Positions 16,613-26,311 of a DNA stretch of 64,000 nt are shown here, piece by piece. The stretch comes from an uncultured Tenacibaculum sp. (GTDB lineage Bacteria > Bacteroidota > Bacteroidia > Flavobacteriales > Flavobacteriaceae): contig CBDTZS010000001.1 in the NCBI GenBank assembly GCA_965364955.1, positions 5,324 through 69,323 on the forward strand, written 5' to 3'. The position numbers and the translations under genes were made by a program. The notes under the pieces were generated by a model. The model was not told where the DNA came from. It did no database searches and saw only the letters and a list, made by a program, of their open reading frames with translations. Numbering within the stretch: the first letter of the stretch is position 1; the number at the start of each line of letters is the position of its first letter.

Positions 16613-17500
16613 ATGAAAGCATATATTTTTCCAGGTCAAGGAGCACAATTTACAGGTATGGGATTAGATTTATATGAAAAATCACCATTAGCTCAAGAGC
16701 TTTTTGAAAAAGCTAATGATATATTGGGTTTTAGTATTACTGATGTAATGTTTGAAGGGACACCTGAAGAGTTGAAGCAAACAAAAGTAACACAACCAGC
16801 GATATTTTTACATTCGGTAATTTTAGCAAAAGTATTAGGAGATGATTTTAAACCAGAAATGGTTGCAGGTCATTCATTAGGAGAATTGTCTGCTTTGGTA
16901 GCAAACGGAGTATTGTCTTTTGAAGACGGATTAACTTTAGTTTCTAAACGTGCTTCAGCAATGCAAAAAGCCTGTGAAATTAAGCCGTCAACAATGGCAG
17001 CCGTTTTAGGTTTAGAAGATAAAATAGTGGAAGATACTTGTGCTGAAATAGATGGAGTGGTAGTTGCTGCAAATTATAACTGCCCTGGTCAGTTAGTAAT
17101 TTCAGGAGAAGTAGAAGCGATAGAAAAGGCTTGTGAAGTATTAACAGAAAAAGGAGCCAGAAGAGCATTAGTTTTACCTGTTGGTGGAGCATTTCACTCT
17201 CCAATGATGGAGCCAGCTCGTGAAGAGTTAGCAAAGGCAATTGAGGAAACTACCTTTAGTGAGCCAACATGTCCTGTATACCAAAATGTGGTAGCGAAAG
17301 CTGTAACAAGTCCTACAGAAATAAAAGAAAATTTAATGGCGCAATTAACTGCTCCAGTAAAATGGACACAATGTATTCAAGCAATGATTGCTGATGGTGG
17401 TACTGAGTTTATTGAAGTTGGTCCTGGTAAAGTATTACAAGGTTTAATGCGTAAAATTGATAGAAGTGTTACTGCTAGCGGAGCTAGTATTGAAGCTTAA
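16613..17500 (+). CDS. fabD: malonyl CoA-acyl carrier protein transacylase
   Basis: MKAYIFPGQGAQFTGMG, GHSLGELSAL and GAFHSP motifs. I trimmed the start from 16517 to the ATG at 16613. Confidence 0.92.
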   Translation: MKAYIFPGQGAQFTGMGLDLYEKSPLAQELFEKANDILGFSITDVMFEGTPEELKQTKVTQPAIFLHSVILAKVLGDDFKPEMVAGHSLGELSALVANGVLSFEDGLTLVSKRASAMQKACEIKPSTMAAVLGLEDKIVEDTCAEIDGVVVAANYNCPGQLVISGEVEAIEKACEVLTEKGARRALVLPVGGAFHSPMMEPAREELAKAIEETTFSEPTCPVYQNVVAKAVTSPTEIKENLMAQLTAPVKWTQCIQAMIADGGTEFIEVGPGKVLQGLMRKIDRSVTASGASIEA

Positions 17501-17521
17501 AAAAACAATATTTTAGTATGT

Positions 17522-17555
17522 AAAAAAAGCGAACTCAATTGAGTTCGCTTTTTTA
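17522..17555. terminator. bidirectional intrinsic terminator between convergent genes
   Basis: AAAAAAAGCGAACTC-AATT-GAGTTCGCTTTTTT. Confidence 0.75.
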
Positions 17556-17559
17556 TGTT

Positions 17560-17970
17560 TTATAATTCAGAATTATTAATTCCTAAAAGTTGAAATATTT
17601 TCTCTTCTTTAGGTGCTAAAAGAATCATGTAAAATAAAAGGATTACTCCAAATAAAATAAAGTCTGGTTTTAAGAAAAGAATCAAAAAACAAGCTCCTTC
17701 TATTATTGCCCATTTAATGATAGAAGCACTTTGGTAAATAGCAAATTTCTCCTCATTAGAAGAATCCTTTTTTATGTTTTTTAATGTGTTGTTAAACATA
17801 AAATTACTCAATACATATGCTAGTGCAGGGATGAAAGAATATATTAAAGAAGAATTATCTATTTCTAAGTTTAAAATATTTTTAAAATCACCTATTAAAA
17901 AATAGGCCAAAGTTACACCCGCAATTAATACAAGGTGAATTATTTTAAGCGTTTTTATTTTTTGATTCAT
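17560..17970 (-). CDS. small integral membrane protein, unknown function
   Basis: 136 aa with about four hydrophobic helices. No family recognised. Confidence 0.5.
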   Translation of the reverse strand: MNQKIKTLKIIHLVLIAGVTLAYFLIGDFKNILNLEIDNSSLIYSFIPALAYVLSNFMFNNTLKNIKKDSSNEEKFAIYQSASIIKWAIIEGACFLILFLKPDFILFGVILLFYMILLAPKEEKIFQLLGINNSEL

Positions 17971-17979
17971 AGCTGTTTT

Positions 17980-19107
17980 TTATTGAACAAATTCTAGAAT
18001 TGTTTTTGTAATAAAAGCCAGTTGATCTTCCTCTAATTCGGTGTGCATTGGTAATGAAATTACTTCATCAATTAACTGATTCGTAATCGTAAAATCAGCT
18101 TTATTATAACGTTCATCTTTATATGCTTTTTGAGCATGTAATGGAACTGGATAATAAATTGCATTCGGAATATTATTGTCTAATAAATGTTGATGCAATT
18201 CATCTCGTTTACCATTCGTTATTCTTAAAGTATATTGATGAAAAACATGAGTAGAAAAAACGCTAATTGCAGGCGTAATAATATTAGAATTAGTTGAGAA
18301 AGCTTCAGTATAATACAGCGCAGCTTTTCTACGTGCATCACAAAAACTATCTAATAAAGGTAGTTTTATTTGTAAAACAGCAGCTTGTAAACTATCTAAA
18401 CGAGAATTTACTCCTACAACATCATGGTAATAACGTTTGTACATCCCATGATTTACAATACCTCTGATCGTATGTGCTAAATCGTCATCATTTGTGAAAA
18501 TTGCGCCACCATCACCATAACAACCTAAGTTTTTAGAAGGAAAAAATGACGTTGTTCCTACGTTTCCTATAGTTCCAGATTTCTTTTTTGTTCCATCAGA
18601 AAATGTATAATCTGCTCCAATAGCTTGAGCATTGTCTTCAATAACAAATAAGTTATGTTCTTTGGCAACTTCCATTACCGCTTCCATATTGGCACATTGA
18701 CCAAATAAATGAACGGGCACAATTGCTTTTGTTTTTGGAGTTATAGCCTTTTTTAAGGCTTCAATATCAATATTAAACGTATCAGGTTCAACATCGACTA
18801 AAACAGGAGTTAGCTTTAATAAAGCGATTACTTCTACAGTTGCAGCAAAAGTAAAATCGGCAGTAATAACTTCATCACCTTGTTCTAAACCTAAACCCAT
18901 CATTGCAATTTGTAAAGCATCGGTTCCGTTAGCACATGGTATTACATGTTTTACATCTAAATATTTTTCTAAATCGCTTCCGAACCCTTTAACCTCAGGT
19001 CCACCAATATAATAGGCAGTATCTAAGACGCTTTCAAAAGCTTTATTTACTTGTGGTTTTATTTTTGCATATTGACCTTGCAGGTCGACCATTTGAATTT
19101 TTTTCAT
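17980..19107 (-). CDS. DegT/DnrJ/EryC1/StrS family PLP-dependent sugar aminotransferase
   Basis: Motifs YYIGGPEVKGFGSDLEKYL, CANGTDALQIAM and SFFPSKNLGCYGDGG (PLP lysine region). Confidence 0.85.
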   Translation of the reverse strand: MKKIQMVDLQGQYAKIKPQVNKAFESVLDTAYYIGGPEVKGFGSDLEKYLDVKHVIPCANGTDALQIAMMGLGLEQGDEVITADFTFAATVEVIALLKLTPVLVDVEPDTFNIDIEALKKAITPKTKAIVPVHLFGQCANMEAVMEVAKEHNLFVIEDNAQAIGADYTFSDGTKKKSGTIGNVGTTSFFPSKNLGCYGDGGAIFTNDDDLAHTIRGIVNHGMYKRYYHDVVGVNSRLDSLQAAVLQIKLPLLDSFCDARRKAALYYTEAFSTNSNIITPAISVFSTHVFHQYTLRITNGKRDELHQHLLDNNIPNAIYYPVPLHAQKAYKDERYNKADFTITNQLIDEVISLPMHTELEEDQLAFITKTILEFVQ

Positions 19108-19181
19108 CTGAGAAATGAATTTATTTGAACATCAAAAATACGAATTAAATTTCTGTTATCTTTGAAGAAAATCCCTTGTAA

Positions 19182-21563
19182 ATGAAGTTGGTTAAAAAGT
19201 TTTTAAAAATTGTATTCGCAGTATTAATTTTAGTGTTTGTCGGGGTTTGGTTATTTACCAGAACACTACATCCAACATATAACGGAGAGTTAGAATTAAA
19301 GTCTATTTCTGCCAAAGTTACCGTGCATTATGATGAGGTTGGCGTTCCGCACATTAATGCAGAAAATCAACAAGATGCTTATACCGCTTTAGGATATGTA
19401 CACGCTCAAGATAGGTTGTGGCAAATGGAATTGATTAGACGAATTGCTGCAGGAAGATTAGCAGAGGTTTTTGGGAATGAATTAGTACGCACAGATAAGT
19501 TTTTCTCAGGCCTAGGAATTGAAGAAGCTGCTGATAAAACAATTAAAGGTTTAGATAAAAAGTCTAAAGCCTATAAAATGACAGAAGCTTACCTAAATGG
19601 AATTAATCAGTTTATAGAAGAAGGAACGACACCTCTTGAATTTTATCTGGTAGGACTTGATAAAGAAAAATATACCATTAAAGACGTGTATAATGTCTTT
19701 GGGTATATGGCCTTTAGTTTTGCAGTAGCACATAAAACAGATCCACTAATAACAGAGATAAAAGAAAAATTAGGAGATGCCTATTTTGAAGAATTAAATG
19801 GTGCGAATTTCGAAAATCTTACTTTTATTAAGAATCAGAAAAATCCTGAAATTAGAGCTGGCTTTGCGCAAGCAATGAATACTTTGTTAGATAAATTGCC
19901 AATTTCTCCATTTATTGGAAGTAATTCTTGGGTTTTAGGACCTGAGAAAACCAAAAGTGGAAAAGTGATTTTTGCTAACGATCCACATATCGGATTTTCA
20001 CAACCTTCAGTTTGGTATCAATCACATATTAAAACACCAGATTATGAAATGTACGGATTTAGTTTAGCCTTAACTCCGTTTCCGCTATTAGGTCATAATC
20101 GTGATTACGCATACGGCCTAACGATGTTCGAAAATGATGACATCGATTTTTATTATGAGCAAAATAATCCTAATAATCCGTTAGAATATAAAACACCTGA
20201 AGGTTATAAAAAATATAAACTGATTGATAGAACTATTAAAGTGAAAGGAGAAATTGATACTTCTTTTCAAGTAAAAGTTAGTAAACACGGACCTGTAATG
20301 AATGGGTTAATTGAATTTATTGACGATGAACGACCTATTGCAATGCAGTGGATTTACACGAAATTAAACAATCAGTTATTAGAGGTTGGTTATGAAATGT
20401 CACATGCAAAATCGTTGTCAGACTTTAAAAAAGGAGCTAGTAAATTACATGCCCCAGGGTTAAATATTATGTATGGAGATGCGAAAGATAATATTGCGTG
20501 GTTTGCTGCTGCAAAACTGTATAAATACCGTGATAGTTTACATACAAAGCTAATTTTAAATGGCCCATCTGGTAAGGATGAGATTAAAGAATGGTTAGAT
20601 TTTGAACAGAATCCGCAAGCGATCAATCCAAGTAGGAATTATGTGTATTCTGCGAATAATCAACCAGACTCTATTGCAGGAATCTTATACCCAGGGTATT
20701 ATTTACCAGAAGACAGAGCAAGAAGAATTGTTGATTTATTAGCTCCTAAGAATGATTGGACAAAAGAAGATGTTGCAAAAATGATTTACGATGTTACTTC
20801 ACCTACAGCGCCAGAAATTAGCATGCATTTAACTAGAAGTGTAGATAGATCCCAGCTTTCGGCAAGTGAAAAAAAGGCGTTCCATATTTTAAAAAATTGG
20901 AAAGGTTATTACGGAAAAGACGAGGTGGCTCCAGTAATTTACACACGCTTGTGGTACGAATTTGTAAAAAGTACTTTTAAAGATGAAATGGGGGCAGGAT
21001 TTGAACAATTCGTGAATACTCCTTTTGAAGAAAAAGTTGTGGCTAGCCAAGTGAAAAAAGCGCAATCTATTTGGTGGGATGATGTAACAACGAAACAAAT
21101 AGAAACAAAAGAAGCTATTGTAACCAAGTCATTTCAAAATGCCATTACCTTTTTACAAGATCAATTAGGAGAAAATGTTGAAGATTGGAAATGGAATAGA
21201 GTAGCTTCAGTAGAATACGAACATCCTATCGGAAAAGCTGGTGGCTTATTACGTAAGTTATTTAATGTTGGTCCGTTTGAAACAAATGGGGGAGACCAAG
21301 TGATAAATAATCAGATTTATAATATTGATAGTACAGGTCTATATAAAATTAAAGCAGGACCTTCTACGCGAAGAATTGTTGATTTTTCTGAGGTGGAAAA
21401 TAGCATCACAATTTTACCAACAGGACAATCTGGGAATGTGTTTAGTGACCATTATAAAGATCAAGCTCAAAAATATGTGGATGGTGAGTTTGTAAAGATG
21501 AAATTGAATCAGTCAGAGATTAAGAAGAGCGAGAATGTGTTGGTGTTTTTGCCTAAAAAATAA
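19182..21563 (+). CDS. penicillin acylase family Ntn-hydrolase (possible acyl-homoserine-lactone acylase)
   Basis: 793 aa with an N-terminal anchor. Motifs AQDRLWQME, the self-processing site G-SNSWVLGPEKT, and NDPHIGF. Confidence 0.85.
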   Translation: MKLVKKFLKIVFAVLILVFVGVWLFTRTLHPTYNGELELKSISAKVTVHYDEVGVPHINAENQQDAYTALGYVHAQDRLWQMELIRRIAAGRLAEVFGNELVRTDKFFSGLGIEEAADKTIKGLDKKSKAYKMTEAYLNGINQFIEEGTTPLEFYLVGLDKEKYTIKDVYNVFGYMAFSFAVAHKTDPLITEIKEKLGDAYFEELNGANFENLTFIKNQKNPEIRAGFAQAMNTLLDKLPISPFIGSNSWVLGPEKTKSGKVIFANDPHIGFSQPSVWYQSHIKTPDYEMYGFSLALTPFPLLGHNRDYAYGLTMFENDDIDFYYEQNNPNNPLEYKTPEGYKKYKLIDRTIKVKGEIDTSFQVKVSKHGPVMNGLIEFIDDERPIAMQWIYTKLNNQLLEVGYEMSHAKSLSDFKKGASKLHAPGLNIMYGDAKDNIAWFAAAKLYKYRDSLHTKLILNGPSGKDEIKEWLDFEQNPQAINPSRNYVYSANNQPDSIAGILYPGYYLPEDRARRIVDLLAPKNDWTKEDVAKMIYDVTSPTAPEISMHLTRSVDRSQLSASEKKAFHILKNWKGYYGKDEVAPVIYTRLWYEFVKSTFKDEMGAGFEQFVNTPFEEKVVASQVKKAQSIWWDDVTTKQIETKEAIVTKSFQNAITFLQDQLGENVEDWKWNRVASVEYEHPIGKAGGLLRKLFNVGPFETNGGDQVINNQIYNIDSTGLYKIKAGPSTRRIVDFSEVENSITILPTGQSGNVFSDHYKDQAQKYVDGEFVKMKLNQSEIKKSENVLVFLPKK

Positions 21564-21570
21564 ATTTTCT

Positions 21571-21751
21571 AGTTTGTCATTGCAAGGAACGAAGCAACCT
21601 TTTTTATACTTTAGTTATTTGAACGCATCGTTATTTTCCTAACGAACAAGAGTAATACTGTTATTTATGTTATTGCAAGTTATATTCTAAAGAGAAATAA
21701 TTATTTAGAATGAAAAGATTGCTTCGTTATTTTTTCTAGCAATGACAAATT
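21571..21751. repeat. REP/MITE-like imperfect inverted repeat
   Basis: The left arm is TTTGTCATTGC..CGAAGCAA (21573-21598). The right arm is TTGCTTCG..GCAATGACAAA (21719-21749). A further copy of TTCCTTGCAA lies at 21769-21778. The unit sits between convergent genes. Confidence 0.45.
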
Positions 21752-21820
21752 AGGTAAACCTTAGGATTCCTTGCAAGCCAACTTGGAAAACGTAAAGATT
21801 AAGCTTCGAATTCATCATCA

Positions 21821-22363
21821 TTAATAACTCCTAACCAAAAACTGAGTAACCTTCCATTTTTTAACTTCATCATAAATAAAATCTTGTTTATCTGATCCAC
21901 CAAAAGTCCCCGAGATTTCATATTTTAAATTAGAATTTGGAACAGATAAAACTGTGTGAAAATGGTAATTAGTTTTATGAGAGATTTCTGGGCGTAATTT
22001 TTTTACTTCCTCGTAAGTCATTCCAATTTTTACGCCATATATGTCTGGAAAATTTGTCGTCGTAGTAGTTTCATTAACTAAACAACCATCTAGCTCACTC
22101 ATTATAAAATTGATATTTGTACTGTCTTTTATAACTTCAAAATAATGGTAGTCAGGCCCATCTTGTAGCCCAACTTCCGAAGTGATTTTATAATTAGGAA
22201 AAGCGGTTTGTAAACTATCAATTGTAATACACTTACGTAAATTAATATTGTTGATTCCATTATTTGAAATGGTGATTTTAGCTGTTTTTTTTGTAGCATT
22301 TTTTTTCTTACAGCTAATTAATACAGAAGAAATAATTAACATAAATAAAATAACTTTTTTCAT
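21821..22363 (-). CDS. lipoprotein, unknown function
   Basis: I trimmed the start to the ATG at 22363. The signal plus lipobox is MKKVILFMLIISSVLISC. It lies 1 nt downstream of the nitroreductase stop. Confidence 0.55.
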   Translation of the reverse strand: MKKVILFMLIISSVLISCKKKNATKKTAKITISNNGINNINLRKCITIDSLQTAFPNYKITSEVGLQDGPDYHYFEVIKDSTNINFIMSELDGCLVNETTTTTNFPDIYGVKIGMTYEEVKKLRPEISHKTNYHFHTVLSVPNSNLKYEISGTFGGSDKQDFIYDEVKKWKVTQFLVRSY

Positions 22364-22364
22364 A

Positions 22365-23099
22365 TTAAATCTCTTTATAAACTTCCTTAAAAGGAATTCT
22401 AAAGCGTTCACCGTAAACACCTTTTTCTGATCTAATTCCGCAACTAACAATCATGTTTATTTCTGCACTTCGAGGAATGTTTAATAAACGCTTTACACGC
22501 CAAGTGTCCGAACCTTCCATAGGGCAGGTGTCATAACCTTCTGCAGCCATCGATAACATAAAAGTTTGTGCAGCTAGCCCGGTAGTTTTTTGAGCTACAA
22601 TACGCATGTCACTATTACGAACTTCACGATACATTGGTTTAAATAATCCAACAATCAGAATCATTAAATACTTAAGGTAACCTAAGGCGCCAAAGAAATC
22701 AAAATAGACAAACGGAATAATTTTTCCATAATAATTTCTAGCTACTTGTTCTCGACTACTTTGTTCAGCCTTCGGATTGTTTTTTCCGAAAGTCTTATCC
22801 ATAAAGCTCAAATTAGCTTTAGCGCGTTTACGCCATAAATCTTTTCTGCTTACAAAAACAACCAATTCTTGTGCTGTTTTTGCTGCGTTTTGATTAAAAC
22901 ACATCGGAGCAATTTTAGCTATGGTTTCTTTAGATGTTATATGATAAAACTCCCATAGTTGCATATTACTACTAGTAGGTGCTAAACTAGCTTGTTCAAT
23001 ACATTTTTTTACTATAGAAGTGTCAATTGGCTTGTTTGCATCAAATACTCTTACAGAACGACGAAAATTAACCGCTTCTGAAACTGTCTTTTCAATCAT
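22365..23099 (-). CDS. nitroreductase family protein
   Basis: The FRRSVRVFD...SLAPTSSNMQLWEFY pattern is typical of the family. Confidence 0.75.
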   Translation of the reverse strand: MIEKTVSEAVNFRRSVRVFDANKPIDTSIVKKCIEQASLAPTSSNMQLWEFYHITSKETIAKIAPMCFNQNAAKTAQELVVFVSRKDLWRKRAKANLSFMDKTFGKNNPKAEQSSREQVARNYYGKIIPFVYFDFFGALGYLKYLMILIVGLFKPMYREVRNSDMRIVAQKTTGLAAQTFMLSMAAEGYDTCPMEGSDTWRVKRLLNIPRSAEINMIVSCGIRSEKGVYGERFRIPFKEVYKEI

Positions 23100-23135
23100 G
23101 TTTTATATTGTTTCTTGTTTTAAGTAGAAAAAAGA

Positions 23136-24509
23136 TTAACTTATTTTCATTAAAGTTTTTAATTGTTTTAACTTTCCTTTATAGGGAGCGTAGCGTGTTG
23201 GAACGTCTAACCAGTTTCCTCTTGTAACGACACCTTTATTATGAGAGAAAGTATCAAAAGTTTGTTTTCCATGGTATCCACCAATACCACTTTCCCCAAC
23301 ACCTCCAAATGGTAAACGATGATTTGCAAAATGAACCGTCGTGTCATTAATTGTTCCTCCACCAAAAGAATATTTTGCAATCATTTTTTTAGCAAAACGA
23401 TTACGTGTTGTAAAAACATATAGCGCTAAAGGTTTATCATATTTAGAAATAACAGCATCGAATTCTTCTTCTGTTTGATAAGAAATTAACGGAAAGATCG
23501 GGCCAAATATTTCACCTTTCATTACTTCACTATCTAAGTTTGGTTCGTCTATAATTGTTGGTGCAATATATCTATCATCTCTATTGGTTTCACCACCAAT
23601 TAAAATCTTTTCATTTTCTAACATGAATGCTAATCTGTCAAAATTTTTCGTATTTACAATTCGTGGATAATCTTCTGAAGCTTCTGGGTTTTCTCCATAA
23701 GCTCTAAAGATTTCTTCTTTAAAATGAGTGATGAATTTTTCTTTTACCGATGTATGAATCAATAAATAATCTGGTGCGATACAAGTTTGTCCTCCGTTAA
23801 TAAACTTACCCCAAACTAATCGTTTAGCAGCTAGTTTTATATTCGCAGTTTCGTCTACAATACAAGGACTTTTTCCTCCCAATTCTAAAGTAACAGGAGT
23901 AAGGTGTTCAGCTGCGGCTTTGGCTACAATTTTACCAACAGGAACACTTCCTGTAAAGAAAATGTAATCCCAACGATGTGCTAACAATTCTTGAGAAACT
24001 GTAACAGCTCCTTCAACAACAGCAATATGGTTTTTATCAAATACAGTTTCAATAATTTCTTTGGTAATTTTACTCACATGCGGCGTTAATTCCGAAGGTT
24101 TTAAAACAGCAGTATTTCCTGCTGCTACTGCCCCTATAAGTGGCGCAAAAGCTAATTGATACGGATAATTCCAAGGAGCAATAATTAATACAGCTCCATA
24201 AGGTTCTTTATGAATTTTTGCCGAGGATGGAAAGTTTAACAGCGACGGTAAAACACGTTTTGGTTTGCTCCAAGAATGAATATTTTTTATAGTCATTCTC
24301 AATTCAGCTAACACAATTGAAGTTTCTGTCATTATAGCTTCATACTCTGATTTTTTAAAATCATCATGCAATGCTTTAATAATATCGGGTTCTCTTTTAA
24401 TAACTTCTTTTTGAAGGCGTTTTAAAGCGGCTTTTCTAAAAGAAATATCTTTAGTTTGTTGAGTTTTAAAAAAACTTTTCTGTGCTTGTATAAGTTCAGG
24501 AATATTCAT
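23136..24509 (-). CDS. aldehyde dehydrogenase (ALDH3-like)
   Basis: Motifs VTLELGGKSPCIV, GQTCIAPDY (catalytic Cys) and GEIFGPI. Confidence 0.9.
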   Translation of the reverse strand: MNIPELIQAQKSFFKTQQTKDISFRKAALKRLQKEVIKREPDIIKALHDDFKKSEYEAIMTETSIVLAELRMTIKNIHSWSKPKRVLPSLLNFPSSAKIHKEPYGAVLIIAPWNYPYQLAFAPLIGAVAAGNTAVLKPSELTPHVSKITKEIIETVFDKNHIAVVEGAVTVSQELLAHRWDYIFFTGSVPVGKIVAKAAAEHLTPVTLELGGKSPCIVDETANIKLAAKRLVWGKFINGGQTCIAPDYLLIHTSVKEKFITHFKEEIFRAYGENPEASEDYPRIVNTKNFDRLAFMLENEKILIGGETNRDDRYIAPTIIDEPNLDSEVMKGEIFGPIFPLISYQTEEEFDAVISKYDKPLALYVFTTRNRFAKKMIAKYSFGGGTINDTTVHFANHRLPFGGVGESGIGGYHGKQTFDTFSHNKGVVTRGNWLDVPTRYAPYKGKLKQLKTLMKIS

Positions 24510-24513
24510 AAAA

Positions 24514-25545
24514 TTATATTTCTTGTAATTTTTTATTCATTAATTTAAACCATAATGGAGGAAGTATTGCCACTAACATCATTCCTGGGTAACCAGTTGG
24601 CATTTGCGGACTCTCAAGCAATGAATTTAACAGTTGGTAATGTTTGCTTCCGTTATAGTGATGATCTGAATGGCGTGATAAATTAAATAATAGTAGCATA
24701 CCAATTCTGTGATCTGAGTTCCAAGAATGTATTCTTTTTACCCGTTCGTATCTTCCATGTTCATTTTGTTTACGTAATAGTCCGTAATGTTCGATATAGT
24801 TTACTGTTTCTAGCAGTAATATTCCAAAAACAGAGGCTGCTAGGAATGCAAGTGTAACTTTTAATCCGAAGAAAAGAAAAAAAACTCCTATTAAGATAAA
24901 ATTACAAAGAGTATAGATGAGCATTCTGTTTTGAAAATGAAACCAATTTCTATTAGAGTTTTTTAAACGTTTATTTTCTGCCTCCCAAGCCTGATAATAA
25001 CTTTGGAAATGAGAACGAATCCAAAAAAAATACAAAATTTCATTTTTTCTTGCTGTTGCAGCGTCTTTTGGAGTTGCTACATTTAAATGATGCCCTGCGT
25101 TATGATATGGTAAAAAATGGGTATTCAATGAGGTTAGTAGTAGAATTTCGCCTAAAAACTCATCGAAACGATTGTTACGGTGACCGAGTTCATGACCAAC
25201 ATTTAACCCTATAATACCACAGAGTAAGCCCATTGAAGAAATTCGGCCTATATATTCGAATGTAGTTAACCCTGTTTCTTGAATTATAATTAAAAACCAT
25301 CCTAAAAAAAATAATTGTAAAGGAATGGTTAGGTATAGTATGTAAGTGTAAAATTTATTTTCTTTTTCAATTTCTTGTACCTCTTTAGGTAAATTTTCTT
25401 TGTTTGGGGTGAAAAATAATTCAAGTAAAGGAACAAAACCAAAAAGAGTGATTAAAGGTAAAAAAGTAAACCAACCTGTTGATGTAAATGAAATGTAAAC
25501 AGTTAAAGGAAGGATTAAAAAAGATAAATACCTAAGGGCTTTCAT
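24514..25545 (-). CDS. alkB: alkane 1-monooxygenase-like membrane di-iron hydroxylase (AlkB family)
   Basis: All four AlkB histidine boxes are present: HELGHR, HNAGHH, NYIEHYGL and LSRHSDHH. I trimmed the start to the ATG at 25545. Confidence 0.8.
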   Translation of the reverse strand: MKALRYLSFLILPLTVYISFTSTGWFTFLPLITLFGFVPLLELFFTPNKENLPKEVQEIEKENKFYTYILYLTIPLQLFFLGWFLIIIQETGLTTFEYIGRISSMGLLCGIIGLNVGHELGHRNNRFDEFLGEILLLTSLNTHFLPYHNAGHHLNVATPKDAATARKNEILYFFWIRSHFQSYYQAWEAENKRLKNSNRNWFHFQNRMLIYTLCNFILIGVFFLFFGLKVTLAFLAASVFGILLLETVNYIEHYGLLRKQNEHGRYERVKRIHSWNSDHRIGMLLLFNLSRHSDHHYNGSKHYQLLNSLLESPQMPTGYPGMMLVAILPPLWFKLMNKKLQEI

Positions 25546-25571
25546 TGATGAAATTTGTTTAAAGATACAAA

Positions 25572-26258
25572 TTACAAACAAGCATCCCAAATAGGTTCTT
25601 TAGGTGTTGGGGCGGTAATTTTTATAAGCTCTTTACTTACGGGGTGAGTGAATTCAATTTTACGAGCATGTAAATGTATGCTTCCATCTTTATTACTCCT
25701 TTTTGCTCCGTATTTTAAGTCGCCCTTAATTATACTACCAATGGTTGAAAGTTGAACGCGAATTTGATGATGACGACCCGTTTCTAAATCGATTTCTAAT
25801 AAAGAATAATTGTCTAGATTTTTGATAACTTGGTAATGAAGAATGGCATTTTTACTACCTTCAATTTCTTTAGTGTATGCGGTAGATTTATTGTTTTTCG
25901 GATTCTTTTTTAGAAAATTTACTAAAGTATCAGATTGCTTTTTAGGTTGGTTTTTTACAACTGCCCAGTATGTTTTTTTAATGATTTTATCGCGAAGCAT
26001 TTTATTTAAACGCTCTAACGCTTTAGAGGTACGCGCATAAATTACAACGCCGGAAGTTGGTCTGTCTAGTCGATGAACTGTACCTAAATATACAGCTCCA
26101 GGTTTATTGTATTTATCTTTGATGTACTCTTTAATAACGTCAGAAAGTGGTTTATCTCCTGTTTTATCTCCTTGAACAATATCCCCAGCTCTTTTATTAA
26201 CAATGATTAAATGATTGTCTTCATGTAAAACTTGTAAGTTGTTTTTAGTAGAATGCAT
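25572..26258 (-). CDS. RluA-family pseudouridine synthase
   Basis: HRLDRPTSGVV catalytic motif and GRHHQIRVQL. Confidence 0.85.
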   Translation of the reverse strand: MHSTKNNLQVLHEDNHLIIVNKRAGDIVQGDKTGDKPLSDVIKEYIKDKYNKPGAVYLGTVHRLDRPTSGVVIYARTSKALERLNKMLRDKIIKKTYWAVVKNQPKKQSDTLVNFLKKNPKNNKSTAYTKEIEGSKNAILHYQVIKNLDNYSLLEIDLETGRHHQIRVQLSTIGSIIKGDLKYGAKRSNKDGSIHLHARKIEFTHPVSKELIKITAPTPKEPIWDACL

Positions 26259-26311
26259 TTTAAAATTATTTCAAGAAACAAAAATTGTGTTAATTCGTAA
26301 AAGCCATTACT

